Shown: positions 54,073-63,680 of the stretch, piece after piece | Position numbering within the stretch: the stretch's first letter is position 1 | Layout of the letters: the number at the start of each line of letters is the position of its first letter | NCBI GenBank assembly: GCA_041666225.1 | Contig: JBAYHJ010000001.1 | Coordinates: 65,881-129,880 of the forward strand | Reading direction: 5' to 3' | DNA length: 64,000 bases | DNA from: Minisyncoccota bacterium | GTDB taxonomy: Bacteria > Patescibacteriota > Minisyncoccia > Phycocordibacterales > UBA9973 | Notes under the pieces: generated by a model | Databases searched by the model: none | What the model saw: the letters and a program-made list of their open reading frames with translations, nothing else | What the model was told of the DNA's origin: nothing | Translations under genes and position numbers: made by a program

Positions 54073-55134
54073 AAATTAGAAGATTTTGGTTACAGCGACT
54101 TTTTTGAACATTCTAGAAAAGAATTGAAATTAGAGGATTTTTCTATTGCCCGAGTTATTGCCGAATACAAGGGAGCTTATAAAATAAAAAATACAGATGG
54201 GGAATATTTTGCCAAAGTTACTGGTAAAAAGATTTTTAATGCTAAATCAAGAGAAGATTATCCTGCTGTGGGGGATTGGGTAATAATAAAAGAGCAAGAT
54301 AGAGAATGGGCTGTGATACAAGAGGTATTACCAAGGCAAACACTCATAAAGAAAAAATATAATAATAAAAATGGAATTCAAATAATTGCAACCAATATAG
54401 ATGTGGCTTTTATTGTGGAATCAATTGGTAGAGACTATAATTTAAATCGTTTTGAAAGATATTTTGCGATAGCCAACGATGGAGGTGCCCAGACCACTAT
54501 TATTTTAAATAAGATTGATTTAATTTCCAAAGAAGAATTAAATTTAAAATTAGTTCAAATAAAAGAAAGATTTAAAAATGTTGATATTATTCTAACTAGT
54601 ACTATAACCGATGAAGGATTAAAAGAATTAAGATCGTATATATTATCTGGGAAAACATATTGCTTTTTGGGATCCTCGGGGGTTGGTAAATCATCTTTGA
54701 TTAATAGGTTACTAGAAGAAAATGCACTTGAAACAAATGATATTAATTTTGAGACAGGTAGAGGAAAACACACCACAACAAGAAGAGAAATGTACTTTTT
54801 GAAAAATGGAGGAATTGTTATAGATAATCCAGGAACCAGAGAGGTGGGAATGGCCGATACAAGGGAAGGTGTGGATAGTACTTTTGATGAAATAATAGAA
54901 TTAGCCAAGAAATGTAAATTTGCTGATTGTTCTCATATTTCTGAACCCGGGTGCAATGTTTTGCTTGGATTAGGGTCTGGTGAATTAGATGCGGAGAAAT
55001 ATTCTAATTATATTAACTTGAAAAAAGAAACCGAGTATTATGAGATGACTGAAACGGAGAGGAAGGAAAAAGACTATAAGTTTGGGAAATTTATAAAAAA
55101 AGCCAAAAAGGAAATAGAAAAATATAAAATATAG
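54070..55134 (+). CDS. rsgA: Ribosome small-subunit-dependent GTPase A (RsgA/YjeQ)
   Basis: Circularly permuted GTPase: ILNKIDL precedes GSSGVGKSSLINRL, and a C-terminal CKFADCSHISEPGC zinc motif follows. Confidence 0.8.
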   Translation: MKLEDFGYSDFFEHSRKELKLEDFSIARVIAEYKGAYKIKNTDGEYFAKVTGKKIFNAKSREDYPAVGDWVIIKEQDREWAVIQEVLPRQTLIKKKYNNKNGIQIIATNIDVAFIVESIGRDYNLNRFERYFAIANDGGAQTTIILNKIDLISKEELNLKLVQIKERFKNVDIILTSTITDEGLKELRSYILSGKTYCFLGSSGVGKSSLINRLLEENALETNDINFETGRGKHTTTRREMYFLKNGGIVIDNPGTREVGMADTREGVDSTFDEIIELAKKCKFADCSHISEPGCNVLLGLGSGELDAEKYSNYINLKKETEYYEMTETERKEKDYKFGKFIKKAKKEIEKYKI

Positions 55135-55174
55135 ACACCAAAATAGTTTTTATATATAGTTTGCCAACCCATTT

Positions 55175-55216
55175 GAGAATCGAAATTTCCTGTATTTCTG
55201 ATATAATCTACATATG
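55175..55216 (+). promoter_or_regulatory. Conserved promoter cassette copy 3 (GAGAATCGAAA...TATTTCTGATATAAT-N6-ATG)
   Basis: See copy 1. Confidence 0.55.
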
Positions 55217-56065
55217 GTTGCTTTTTTAAGTTATCTATTTTATTTTATAGCTGCAAGTGCATCACCACTTCAACGTAGATGGCTTGCTACACATAGAAAT
55301 ATAAAAAACGAAGGACAAATACGTCTCGCTTTTCAGGTTACACTTATAACTGTCATATTGAGTTTTACACTACCTCTTTTTGAACCATTTCGTCTTCAAG
55401 GGAATATTTTCCATTTGATTGGTTTATCACTCACTTGTGGATTATTTGGTGCTGGTTATTTTGTTTTTTCATATACAGCTCAAAAACACGTAGAAGCTGG
55501 AATTAGTTCATTAGTTAGTAATATTTACACACCAATTACAATAGTATTAGCAACTTTACTTTTAAATGAAAAACTGACACTAATTCAAATACTTGGAACC
55601 GTATTATTGATAATTGGAATATTGGTTGTATCAAGAAAACACCGAATAGGAAGATTTAAATTTGATAAATATTTTATGCTCATGGTTCTGTCTGGGGTAA
55701 TGATGGGTATTTTACTTGTGGCAGAACGAGCATTAATGAAAATAACTGGATTTTCAGCAGGGGTAATGCTTTCTTGGTGGTCACAGTGTTTGTTTTTGGG
55801 AATAGCAACATTGATAACTCATAGCAAAAGCGTTTATACTAAAAAAGACATAGCCATTACCGGAGTACTTCGATTTCTTCAATCGCTTTCATGGGTGGTT
55901 CTAGTTTTTGTTGTAGGGAATCTAAGTATTGTTTCTGCTATAACAACATTTAAAGTAGTCGTCGTATTTATTGCTGGAGCTATCTTTTTAAGAGAGAAAG
56001 AAGATTTACCAATAAAAATATTGGGTAGTATAATAGCATTAGCAGGACTTTTATTAATGAAATGA
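55214..56065 (+). CDS. EamA/DMT-superfamily transporter-like membrane protein
   Basis: About 10 hydrophobic helices in two halves. Confidence 0.4.
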   Translation: MVAFLSYLFYFIAASASPLQRRWLATHRNIKNEGQIRLAFQVTLITVILSFTLPLFEPFRLQGNIFHLIGLSLTCGLFGAGYFVFSYTAQKHVEAGISSLVSNIYTPITIVLATLLLNEKLTLIQILGTVLLIIGILVVSRKHRIGRFKFDKYFMLMVLSGVMMGILLVAERALMKITGFSAGVMLSWWSQCLFLGIATLITHSKSVYTKKDIAITGVLRFLQSLSWVVLVFVVGNLSIVSAITTFKVVVVFIAGAIFLREKEDLPIKILGSIIALAGLLLMK

Positions 56066-56075
56066 TAAAGAATTT

Positions 56076-57806
56076 ATGAAAGGGACAAAAACACCAGAAT
56101 TTGATGCACTACTAGATAAGATATTAGACGAGTTAATCCCTCATATAAGAGTTTGTTTGGATTGTAAAAAAGAATTTAAAATAGAAGAGGGTGATGTTTC
56201 TCTACTTAAAATGTTGCGTTCACCCGCCCCAAAACTTTGTCCTGATTGTCGCCATAGAAGAAGATTATCCTTTTCAAATTATTCAAATATATATAAACGG
56301 AAATGCGATATACCAGGTCATAGTGATACTATGCTTTCACCTGTCGCTCCTATTATTCCTTGGGTTATTTATGATTACGATACATATTATTCGGATTTAT
56401 GGGATCCATTTTCTTACGGAAGAATAGTGAATGAAACTCAGTCATTTTTTGATCAATTTTTAAGTTTAATGAAAGTTGTCCCATTGCCAGGAGTGCGTCG
56501 GGGTAAAAACTCCATTAATAGTGATTTTTGTTTTTATGGAGAAAGTTTAAAAGATGGGTATTACGTTTTCGGAGGTAGAAGATCGGAAAATGTATTATTT
56601 AGTACTTCCATTTATGATTCTAAAAACATTATAGATTCATATTTTCTTCGCAGGGTTGATTCAGCCTATGATAATATAGGCACTTCTGATTGTTACAAAT
56701 GCCAATACGCATATTTTTCATCAAATTGTATTGAATGTGATTTCGTTTATGATTGTCGTAATTGCCAAAATTGTTTTGGTTGTGTTAATTTGCGGAACAA
56801 AAATTATTATATTTTTAATGAAAAATTTAGCCCAGAAGAGTATACAAAAATAAGAAATGAAATAAACCTAGGTAGTAGAAAAGTTAAAGATGAATATCAG
56901 AATAAATTTTGGGAGCTTATAAAAACAAACCCAATCCGTGCAGCACGAATTTTTAATTCCCAAAATGTTTTTGGAAATGATATAAAAAATTCTAAAAATT
57001 GTAGAGATGTTTTCCAAATAGAAGATTCTGAAAATGTTAGACATTCTGCGTTTGTAGTTTTTAAAGTAAAAGATTCAATGGATGTTGGTTTTAGTGGCAG
57101 AGCTCAGGGTAATTATGAAGCCCAAAATGTTAGTGCCAATTCTTCGAGTGTCAAATTTTCCTTCGCAGTAAAAGAATCTACAGATTGTGAGTTTTTGATA
57201 AATTGTCAAAATTGCACAAATTGTTTTGGGTGTGTTGGACTTAAAAATACATCCTATAGTATTTTTAACAAGAAATATGAACCAGAGGAATATTTTGAAA
57301 TTCTAGATAGTATTAAAACAAAAATGCTTCAGAATGGAGAATATGGAGAATTTTTTCCAATGTCTTTTGCTCCATATGCTTACAATAGTTCTATGGCACA
57401 TGTTATTTATCCTATGACAGAAGAAGAAGCTAAAAAGCGTGGTCTTTTTTGGCAACCCGACACGACTGTTGATACAAAAAATCTAAAAAGTATTAAAGTT
57501 CAAGAGTTGCCAGATAATATTTTAGATGTTGGATATGAAATTTGTGAATTAGCCATTATCGGAGAAAAATCAGGGAAACCCTTTCGTTTAATAAAAAGGG
57601 AAATTGATTATTATAAACAAAATAATATTACCTTGCCCAATGATACACCATACCAGAGGATGCTTGATCGTTTTAAGATTTTAAACAATTTTAAAGTTTT
57701 TAATGAAACTTGTGATTTTTGTAATAAACAAATAGAATCAGCATATAAAAGGTCAGATGGTTTTAAACCATATTGTGAAGATTGTTATAAGAGAGAAATT
57801 GTATAG
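56076..57806 (+). CDS. Cys-rich hypothetical protein with repeated NC(Q/T)NCFGCV(N/G)L(R/K)N modules
   Basis: CLDCKKE...CPDCRHRRR near the N-terminus; NCQNCFGCVNLRNKNYYIFNEKFSPEEY and NCTNCFGCVGLKNTSYSIFNKKYEPEEY repeats. Confidence 0.35.
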   Translation: MKGTKTPEFDALLDKILDELIPHIRVCLDCKKEFKIEEGDVSLLKMLRSPAPKLCPDCRHRRRLSFSNYSNIYKRKCDIPGHSDTMLSPVAPIIPWVIYDYDTYYSDLWDPFSYGRIVNETQSFFDQFLSLMKVVPLPGVRRGKNSINSDFCFYGESLKDGYYVFGGRRSENVLFSTSIYDSKNIIDSYFLRRVDSAYDNIGTSDCYKCQYAYFSSNCIECDFVYDCRNCQNCFGCVNLRNKNYYIFNEKFSPEEYTKIRNEINLGSRKVKDEYQNKFWELIKTNPIRAARIFNSQNVFGNDIKNSKNCRDVFQIEDSENVRHSAFVVFKVKDSMDVGFSGRAQGNYEAQNVSANSSSVKFSFAVKESTDCEFLINCQNCTNCFGCVGLKNTSYSIFNKKYEPEEYFEILDSIKTKMLQNGEYGEFFPMSFAPYAYNSSMAHVIYPMTEEEAKKRGLFWQPDTTVDTKNLKSIKVQELPDNILDVGYEICELAIIGEKSGKPFRLIKREIDYYKQNNITLPNDTPYQRMLDRFKILNNFKVFNETCDFCNKQIESAYKRSDGFKPYCEDCYKREIV

Positions 57807-57816
57807 AACAAATAAT

Positions 57817-58383
57817 ATGAAAAAAATAATTTTAGCCTCTACTTCATATCACAGAAGAGAACTACTTGAAAAAACAGGATTAGTATTTGAAGTTGTTTCG
57901 AGTGATTATGAAGAGGATATGACCCTTGATTTAATACCAAGTGAATTAGCAAAATTTTTATCAAAAGGGAAAGCAGATAGAGTTGCAGAAAATTTTGAAG
58001 ATGCGATTATAATTTCTGCAGACACTTTTGTATCTATTGATGGTAAAATTTTAGGAAAACCTCATACAGAAGAAAAAGCAAAGATTACTTTAAACACATT
58101 AAGCGGAAGGACACATTCAGTTTTTACTGGTTATACTATTATTGATACTAAAGACAAAAGAGTGGTATCCAAAGCTGTTGAAACGAAGGTTACTTTCTTG
58201 CCACTTACCGAAGAAATGATTGAAGAGTATATTAGAGTTGGGAACCCATTAAAATTTGCTGGTTCGTATACATTGACTGATGTCAGTGATAAATTTATCG
58301 AAAAAATTGAAGGGGACCATAATAATATTATTGGTTTGCCAGTAGATGAAGTTATGAAAACATTAAAAGAGTTTGATATATAA
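57817..58383 (+). CDS. maf: Maf-like nucleoside triphosphate pyrophosphatase
   Basis: KIILASTSYHRRELLEKTGLVFEVVSSDYEE; the internal Met start was chosen. Confidence 0.8.
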   Translation: MKKIILASTSYHRRELLEKTGLVFEVVSSDYEEDMTLDLIPSELAKFLSKGKADRVAENFEDAIIISADTFVSIDGKILGKPHTEEKAKITLNTLSGRTHSVFTGYTIIDTKDKRVVSKAVETKVTFLPLTEEMIEEYIRVGNPLKFAGSYTLTDVSDKFIEKIEGDHNNIIGLPVDEVMKTLKEFDI

Positions 58384-58392
58384 AAATATAAT

Positions 58393-59040
58393 ATGAAAAT
58401 CAAAGATATTTACAATAAATACCAAATTCCTGAACATCTACGGCAACACATGTATAGAGTTACTGCGGTGGGTTTATTGGTAAATGATTTTTTGTCTGAT
58501 TTTGTAAAACTTGATAAAAATATCCTTTCTACGGCAATGCTACTTCATGATATTGGTAATATAATCAAATTTGATCTGAATAGTGATCTTCTTAAAAAAG
58601 AAAACATTGAAAATCTTGAAAAAATTAAAAATGATTTTATTTTAAAATATGGAGACGATGAACATATTGCTACACTGAGTATAGTTAAAGAAATAAAAGT
58701 GAATCAAAAGGTTATAGATATATTAGATAATATTGGTAGTTCAAAAATTCAATCAACCATAGATTCAGATGATTGGTATAAAAAGGTTTGTTCTTATTCT
58801 GATTTTAGAGTTGCTCCTTATGGTGTTACAAGCATTGAAGAGCGTTTTAATGATGTAATTAAAAGATATAAAGGGCTTGGTCATATTCTTGGAGATGTTG
58901 AAAAAACTGAACAAAAGAAAATAGATGCTTTAACCTTAGAATCACAAATACAGGAAAAATGTTCATCTTCCCTCGATTTAATTAATGATTTGAAAATAAA
59001 AAATATAGTCGAAATGTTAGAAGAATACGAAATTAATTAA
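58393..59040 (+). CDS. HD-domain phosphohydrolase
   Basis: H...LLHDIGN motif. Confidence 0.5.
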   Translation: MKIKDIYNKYQIPEHLRQHMYRVTAVGLLVNDFLSDFVKLDKNILSTAMLLHDIGNIIKFDLNSDLLKKENIENLEKIKNDFILKYGDDEHIATLSIVKEIKVNQKVIDILDNIGSSKIQSTIDSDDWYKKVCSYSDFRVAPYGVTSIEERFNDVIKRYKGLGHILGDVEKTEQKKIDALTLESQIQEKCSSSLDLINDLKIKNIVEMLEEYEIN

Positions 59041-59053
59041 TAAAAATTAATTA

Positions 59054-59242
59054 TTATAATCCTTGAGTCGTCTTACACATTTTTGTATATAGGTCTCGGA
59101 AAATATTATTTGGGTCAGTTATCTTTTTAACCTCATCATAATTGGGCTTATTCCAAGTCTTCCAAAACTCTTCTTCTGAGTAGTAATTATTTGAAATAAG
59201 AGTTTTAATTCCACCAACTGAAGTTAATTCATCTTCCATCAT
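59054..59242 (-). CDS. FAD-linked oxidoreductase C-terminal tail as a separate 62-aa ORF (ATGA overlap with upstream ORF)
   Basis: YSEEEFWKTWNKPNYDEVKKITDPNNIF resembles the C-terminal DPxNxF segment of FAD-linked oxidases. Confidence 0.4.
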   Translation of the reverse strand: MMEDELTSVGGIKTLISNNYYSEEEFWKTWNKPNYDEVKKITDPNNIFRDLYTKMCKTTQGL

Positions 59243-60411
59243 TTTATAATAATTTTTACCTTCCTTTTTTGCATTCCATATATTGCAATATCTATAAATA
59301 GTTCTTCGCCATTATTTTTATTCATAACTTCTGGATTAATCCACTCATAGTGTCTGACTATTTTATAAGGCACGTACCATAAAGGGAAGTGGTTGATTTC
59401 TTTTTTATACCAATCTATAAATTCACTCAGCCTTGTAAAAGGGATAAATAAGTCTATCGTTATTGGAATTTTATTGGCAGGAATTAGAGAGTGGAATTTT
59501 TCCACGAAACGAAGGGTTTTTGTTGTGTCTAAGAATCTACCAAAGAATAATCTTCCTAAAAATGATTTTGGAGAAACATTTGTGACACCTTTTTCATATC
59601 TGAAAAAATAATGAGATGTTTTTAGGTAATCCTCTTTTCTTTTTTTTGTACTCAAATAATATATTTTCATCCAATCATAACGATTTGTATATGGAGCAGA
59701 ATCTACAAAGTTGCCCATAGATAAAACTAGTTCGGAAGGTGAGTGAATGATTCCATCCATAAAATCAAAATCTTTCTTTTTGTAATGTTCCCAAGTTGCT
59801 TTCTTGTAATCTTCAAGATTATTGAATTTTTCATAAATAATTTTGACATATTGTTTGGCGGGGAATAATTTAAATTTTAATTTTGAGATAACACCAAGAG
59901 TTCCAAATGTTCCATGAATCATTTGAAATATTAATTTGTTTTCATTATCTGGAGTACAAATTAATATTTCTCCTTTTGCAGTTATTATTTCATACTTTAA
60001 GCAACTATCATGGAATCCTCCGTATTTATAAGACATCGATTCTAATGATGCTCCAGCAACAGCACCTCCAATTGTGATTGTTTTTAATTCTGGAACAGTA
60101 AATGGAACCAAGTCATATTTGAGCGTCGCTTCTACTAAATCAACAAAAGTAACCCCAGGTTCTGCTGTGCAAGTTAGTTCCTCTTTATTTATTTCAATAA
60201 TTTCATTAAGGATACTTAAATCAATTTTTTCATCATCATAAGTTTTGTCATTTGGTTTTGGTACTTGGTGGGAGACAGATTTTTTCTTGAAAGAGACAGG
60301 GGTGTTACTTTTTCGTTCTTTTAATACTGTGGATACATTTTTTACTTTCTGTTCGTGTGTGAGCATATTATTTTTTGTAAATTTTAATAAGTTAATTATA
60401 ACAATAACCAT
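59239..60411 (-). CDS. FAD-linked oxidoreductase (PCMH-type FAD-binding domain), N-terminal 390-aa part
   Basis: TITIGGAVAGASLESMSYKYGGFHDSCLKYEIITAKGE...HGTFGTLGV. Confidence 0.55.
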   Translation of the reverse strand: MVIVIINLLKFTKNNMLTHEQKVKNVSTVLKERKSNTPVSFKKKSVSHQVPKPNDKTYDDEKIDLSILNEIIEINKEELTCTAEPGVTFVDLVEATLKYDLVPFTVPELKTITIGGAVAGASLESMSYKYGGFHDSCLKYEIITAKGEILICTPDNENKLIFQMIHGTFGTLGVISKLKFKLFPAKQYVKIIYEKFNNLEDYKKATWEHYKKKDFDFMDGIIHSPSELVLSMGNFVDSAPYTNRYDWMKIYYLSTKKRKEDYLKTSHYFFRYEKGVTNVSPKSFLGRLFFGRFLDTTKTLRFVEKFHSLIPANKIPITIDLFIPFTRLSEFIDWYKKEINHFPLWYVPYKIVRHYEWINPEVMNKNNGEELFIDIAIYGMQKRKVKIIIK

Positions 60412-60471
60412 AAATAGTTCCTATTTATAACATCTTGATAAATACTATATATTTGTATAGACTCTCAGTAT

Positions 60472-60945
60472 ATGTTTACACAACAAGATTATTCCAACCT
60501 AATTGATAGTAAAAAGAACCAAGTGTTTCTGTTTAAATCCATGGCTAGTTTTCCGTTTATTTTCGCTGTTCATCCATGGTTTGTTTTAAATAAACAAGGA
60601 GAAATTTCAAGGTGGGAAGTAGCATTTTCAGATTCTTATCCAAAAAAGGAACACTGGGGGCACTTGTATAAAAATCTCTACCCATTTTTTCAGGGAATTG
60701 AATTTTTACCTTTCGCTAATAGATTTTTTAATAAAGGTAAGTTAATTGGGGTAGTTGAGGGGGATGAAGCAAGTAAAATTATTGATTTTATTTATAATTC
60801 CCCAATTACTTACAATAATAAGAATGAATATAAATTTATAGGTCCAAATAGTAATACCTATGCACAGTGGGTTATTAGTAATTCCCCAGATTGTAAATTA
60901 AAACTTCCCAATAACGCATATGGGAAAAATTATAAAAATGAATAA
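60472..60945 (+). CDS. Hypothetical membrane-associated protein
   Basis: 157 aa with an N-terminal hydrophobic segment. Confidence 0.35.
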   Translation: MFTQQDYSNLIDSKKNQVFLFKSMASFPFIFAVHPWFVLNKQGEISRWEVAFSDSYPKKEHWGHLYKNLYPFFQGIEFLPFANRFFNKGKLIGVVEGDEASKIIDFIYNSPITYNNKNEYKFIGPNSNTYAQWVISNSPDCKLKLPNNAYGKNYKNE

Positions 60946-61423
60946 ATCAAAAGACGAACAATCAGTTTTAATACTTCCGGATATTCGTTCGGCTATAAAC
61001 ATAGGGGCAATATTTCGAACGGCAGATGCGGTAGGTATAGATAAGATATATTTAACAGGTTTTACCCCAAGACCAACTGATAAATTTGGCCGTATTCAAA
61101 AAGATATAGCAAAAAGTGCACTAGGTGCTGAAATCTTTATCCCTTGGGAATACAAAAAAACTTTGATGCCACTTATAAATTCTCTGAAAAAAGATGGGTA
61201 CATAATAATTGCAATTGAACAAAACAGAAAAGCGATAGATTATCGAAAAATAAAAACAACCGACAAGGTTGCTATTATTTTGGGACCAGAAGTAACAGGG
61301 CTACCCAAAAGAATATTAGATAAATGTGATTTTATTGCAGAAATTCCGATGCACGGCAAAAAAGAATCACTCAATGTTTCTGTTGCTTGCGGAGTGGCTC
61401 TGTTTAGAATTTTAAGAAATTAA
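60920..61423 (+). CDS. SpoU/TrmH-family RNA 2'-O-methyltransferase
   Basis: ILPDIRSAINIGAIFRTADAVGIDKIYLTG and a C-terminal SPOUT knot region. The start may be the ATG at 60938. Confidence 0.7.
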   Translation: MGKIIKMNKSKDEQSVLILPDIRSAINIGAIFRTADAVGIDKIYLTGFTPRPTDKFGRIQKDIAKSALGAEIFIPWEYKKTLMPLINSLKKDGYIIIAIEQNRKAIDYRKIKTTDKVAIILGPEVTGLPKRILDKCDFIAEIPMHGKKESLNVSVACGVALFRILRN

Positions 61424-61638
61424 TTCTTTATTACATCTTTAGGAGCATACTTTATTCCAGGATTCACTTGGTCATTTAGGGGAGTGATAAATGGTTTATC
61501 TTCTATGGGCTTTTTGGCCCCACCCATTAAAATCCAAATAACGAAAATTGCCACAATAAACAAAAGAACTTCAAGCCCGAAATGCATCTCACCCCCATTG
61601 TGTGTACTTTTCTTTTTTTCTTTTGGTTTTTCTGCCAT
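61420..61638 (-). CDS. Small membrane protein, hypothetical
   Basis: 72 aa, one TM. Confidence 0.3.
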   Translation of the reverse strand: MAEKPKEKKKSTHNGGEMHFGLEVLLFIVAIFVIWILMGGAKKPIEDKPFITPLNDQVNPGIKYAPKDVIKN

Positions 61639-61640
61639 AT

Positions 61641-61685
61641 AAAAGTAATTAAAAATTAATAATTAAGAATTAATAATGAAATTCT
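61641..61685. repeat. AT-rich dispersed repeat copy (AATTAAAAATTAATAATTAAGAATTAATAATG)
   Basis: Same family. Confidence 0.6.
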
Positions 61686-62622
61686 AAAACAGTCTCTGGT
61701 GTTTGTTACAAAAATGGGCACTGCGACCATTTATAACTTTTCTTATTATAACACCATGGCAACCTTTTTTCATACACATAGTTCCTTTCTTTTTGTAAAC
61801 ATTATGATGGTTTTGAAAATCTCCTCGTAATCCATGTATATTTCTATAGTCAGACATCGAATCACCCCCGAAGTTGATCCCTTTGGTAAGTACTTCTTTC
61901 ATGGCTATGTATAGTTTTAATAGTTGTTTCGGTGGCACTTTGCTAGGTTTTGATTCAGGGTGAATACTCGAGAGCCATAGCATCTCATCTGAATAAATAT
62001 TACCAATACCCGCAATTATAGATTGATCCATAAGAACAGTTTTTATTTTCCAGTTTGGTTTTAGAATAAATCTTTCTTTAAATTTTGTAATTGTAAAAGA
62101 ATTTTCCAAAGGTTCTGGTCCAATATTTTTTAAATGCGAGCTTGCTCCTAGTATGTGAGTAGGAATTATTGTAACTTTTCCAAATTTTCGTGAATCACAA
62201 AATGCTAGATGTTTACCATTTGAAAAAGTTAAAACAACATGGATAAATCTATTATAAGGGTCATTTAATGGCCCCGTATTTTTTGGTTTCCAATTCGTAA
62301 TTATTAATTTTTCATTCTTAATTACCTCTTTGGTGTATTCACCAAAGAGGAGGTGGCCTGTCATTTTTAAATGGATAAGTATGGTATAACCACCAGAAAT
62401 ATTTATTAAAATATTCTTTGCTCTCCTTTCAACTTTTAGAATTTTTTGCCCAACAACTTTCTTTTTGAAATCTTTGAAAAAAGTTTCATCTTTTATTGTT
62501 TCTTTAAACTGTTTGATTGGATTTTTTTTAGATAAGTCGGTCCAGACATCAGTAAAAATAAGTCGGGGCAAGACTTTTTGTAAACCATTTACAGTTGTTG
62601 TGACTTCTGGTAATTCAGGCAT
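61684..62622 (-). CDS. mutM: Formamidopyrimidine-DNA glycosylase (Fpg/MutM, Nei family)
   Basis: N-terminal MPELPEV and a C-terminal zinc finger CMKKGCHGVIIRKVINGRSAHFCNKHQ. Confidence 0.85.
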   Translation of the reverse strand: MPELPEVTTTVNGLQKVLPRLIFTDVWTDLSKKNPIKQFKETIKDETFFKDFKKKVVGQKILKVERRAKNILINISGGYTILIHLKMTGHLLFGEYTKEVIKNEKLIITNWKPKNTGPLNDPYNRFIHVVLTFSNGKHLAFCDSRKFGKVTIIPTHILGASSHLKNIGPEPLENSFTITKFKERFILKPNWKIKTVLMDQSIIAGIGNIYSDEMLWLSSIHPESKPSKVPPKQLLKLYIAMKEVLTKGINFGGDSMSDYRNIHGLRGDFQNHHNVYKKKGTMCMKKGCHGVIIRKVINGRSAHFCNKHQRLF

Positions 62623-62625
62623 GTA

Positions 62626-62663
62626 AAAATAATTAAGAATTAAAAATTACGAATTGAAATACT
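62626..62663. repeat. AT-rich dispersed repeat copy (AATAATTAAGAATTAAAAATTACGAATTGAAATAC)
   Basis: Same family; near-identical to 16589-16620. Confidence 0.65.
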
Positions 62664-63240
62664 AACGTTTCCCTAGAACTTGGAGAGCTTCTTTGATGCG
62701 AGCATTTGTGCCTATCGTTGTATGGGGTACTTTTTTTAGTGCGTCGCGAGCTTCGTTTTGTGAGTAGCCAAGAGATTTGAGAGCTTCAATAATATCACTT
62801 TCATCACGAAGTGAACTTGGAGTATCGGAATCACTTTTGTAATCTTGTAATTTGTCTCGAAGTTCAATAATGATTTTCTCAGCTGTTTTTTTGCCAATAC
62901 CTGAAACTTTGTTTAGATAACCAGTATCTCCAGTTGCGATTGCTCTTTTTAATGTATCAATAGGAGCGATAGCAAGTATTGAAAGTGCTCCCCGTGGTCC
63001 AATACCAGAAACATCAAGTAGAAGCTCAAAAAATGACATCTCGTTTATGCTCTTGAACCCATATAGGTCAATAGAATTCTCTCGTACCGCTGTATGTACC
63101 CAAAAGGATGTATGTTCTCCTAAAACAGAAGTAGTAAGATTTTCAGAAGTAATAGATAGTTTGTATCCAACTCCCGAAACATCAACAATTATGAATTTTT
63201 CATCTATATGAACTATAATTCCCTCTATTTTTGCAATCAT
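62662..63240 (-). CDS. ruvA: Holliday junction DNA helicase RuvA
   Basis: MIAKIEGIIVHI...VSGVGYKL and HhH in LLDVSGIGPRGALSIL. Confidence 0.85.
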   Translation of the reverse strand: MIAKIEGIIVHIDEKFIIVDVSGVGYKLSITSENLTTSVLGEHTSFWVHTAVRENSIDLYGFKSINEMSFFELLLDVSGIGPRGALSILAIAPIDTLKRAIATGDTGYLNKVSGIGKKTAEKIIIELRDKLQDYKSDSDTPSSLRDESDIIEALKSLGYSQNEARDALKKVPHTTIGTNARIKEALQVLGKR

Positions 63241-63300
63241 ATTTTTATAATATCAAATATTGCTCTTTTCGGCTATTTCTGGTATTCTAATGGAGTCTCA

Positions 63301-63365
63301 GTCAAAAAATTAATAAGAAATTTAATTCGTAATTCGTAATTAATAATTCGTAATTACTTAACATT
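63301..63365. repeat. AT-rich dispersed repeat, reverse-orientation variant (AATTCGTAATTCGTAATTAATAATTCGTAATTAC)
   Basis: Same family, in the divergent ruvA/rpsT spacer. Confidence 0.6.
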
Positions 63366-63620
63366 ATGCCAATAACAAAATCAGCAAAAAAAGCCCTCAA
63401 AGGATCACTCGTCAAAAAGGCGATGAATGATCGTAATAAGAAAAACATTAAAGAAACTGTTAAAAAGATTGAAAAGTTAGTTAAAGAAAAAAACAAAGCA
63501 GATGCAAAGAAATTATTACCCGTTGCCTACAGTGTTATAGATAAGGCTGCAAAGAGAGGAGTAATAAAGAAAAATACTGCTTCCCGTAAAAAAGCTAGAC
63601 TTTCAAAAATTACAAAATAA
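63366..63620 (+). CDS. rpsT: 30S ribosomal protein S20
   Basis: MPITKSAKKALK...K/A-rich, 84 aa. Confidence 0.8.
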   Translation: MPITKSAKKALKGSLVKKAMNDRNKKNIKETVKKIEKLVKEKNKADAKKLLPVAYSVIDKAAKRGVIKKNTASRKKARLSKITK

Positions 63621-63626
63621 AAAATG

Positions 63627-63680
63627 CTAGGTCTTTCCTCAAGTGCTTCCGAGGTAAGTCCTAGTTATTTTTTTTAATTA
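63627..63680 (+). terminator. Terminator-like hairpin followed by T8
   Basis: gCTAGGtcttTCCTCaagtgcttCCGAGGtaagtCCTAGttatttttttt. Confidence 0.45.
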
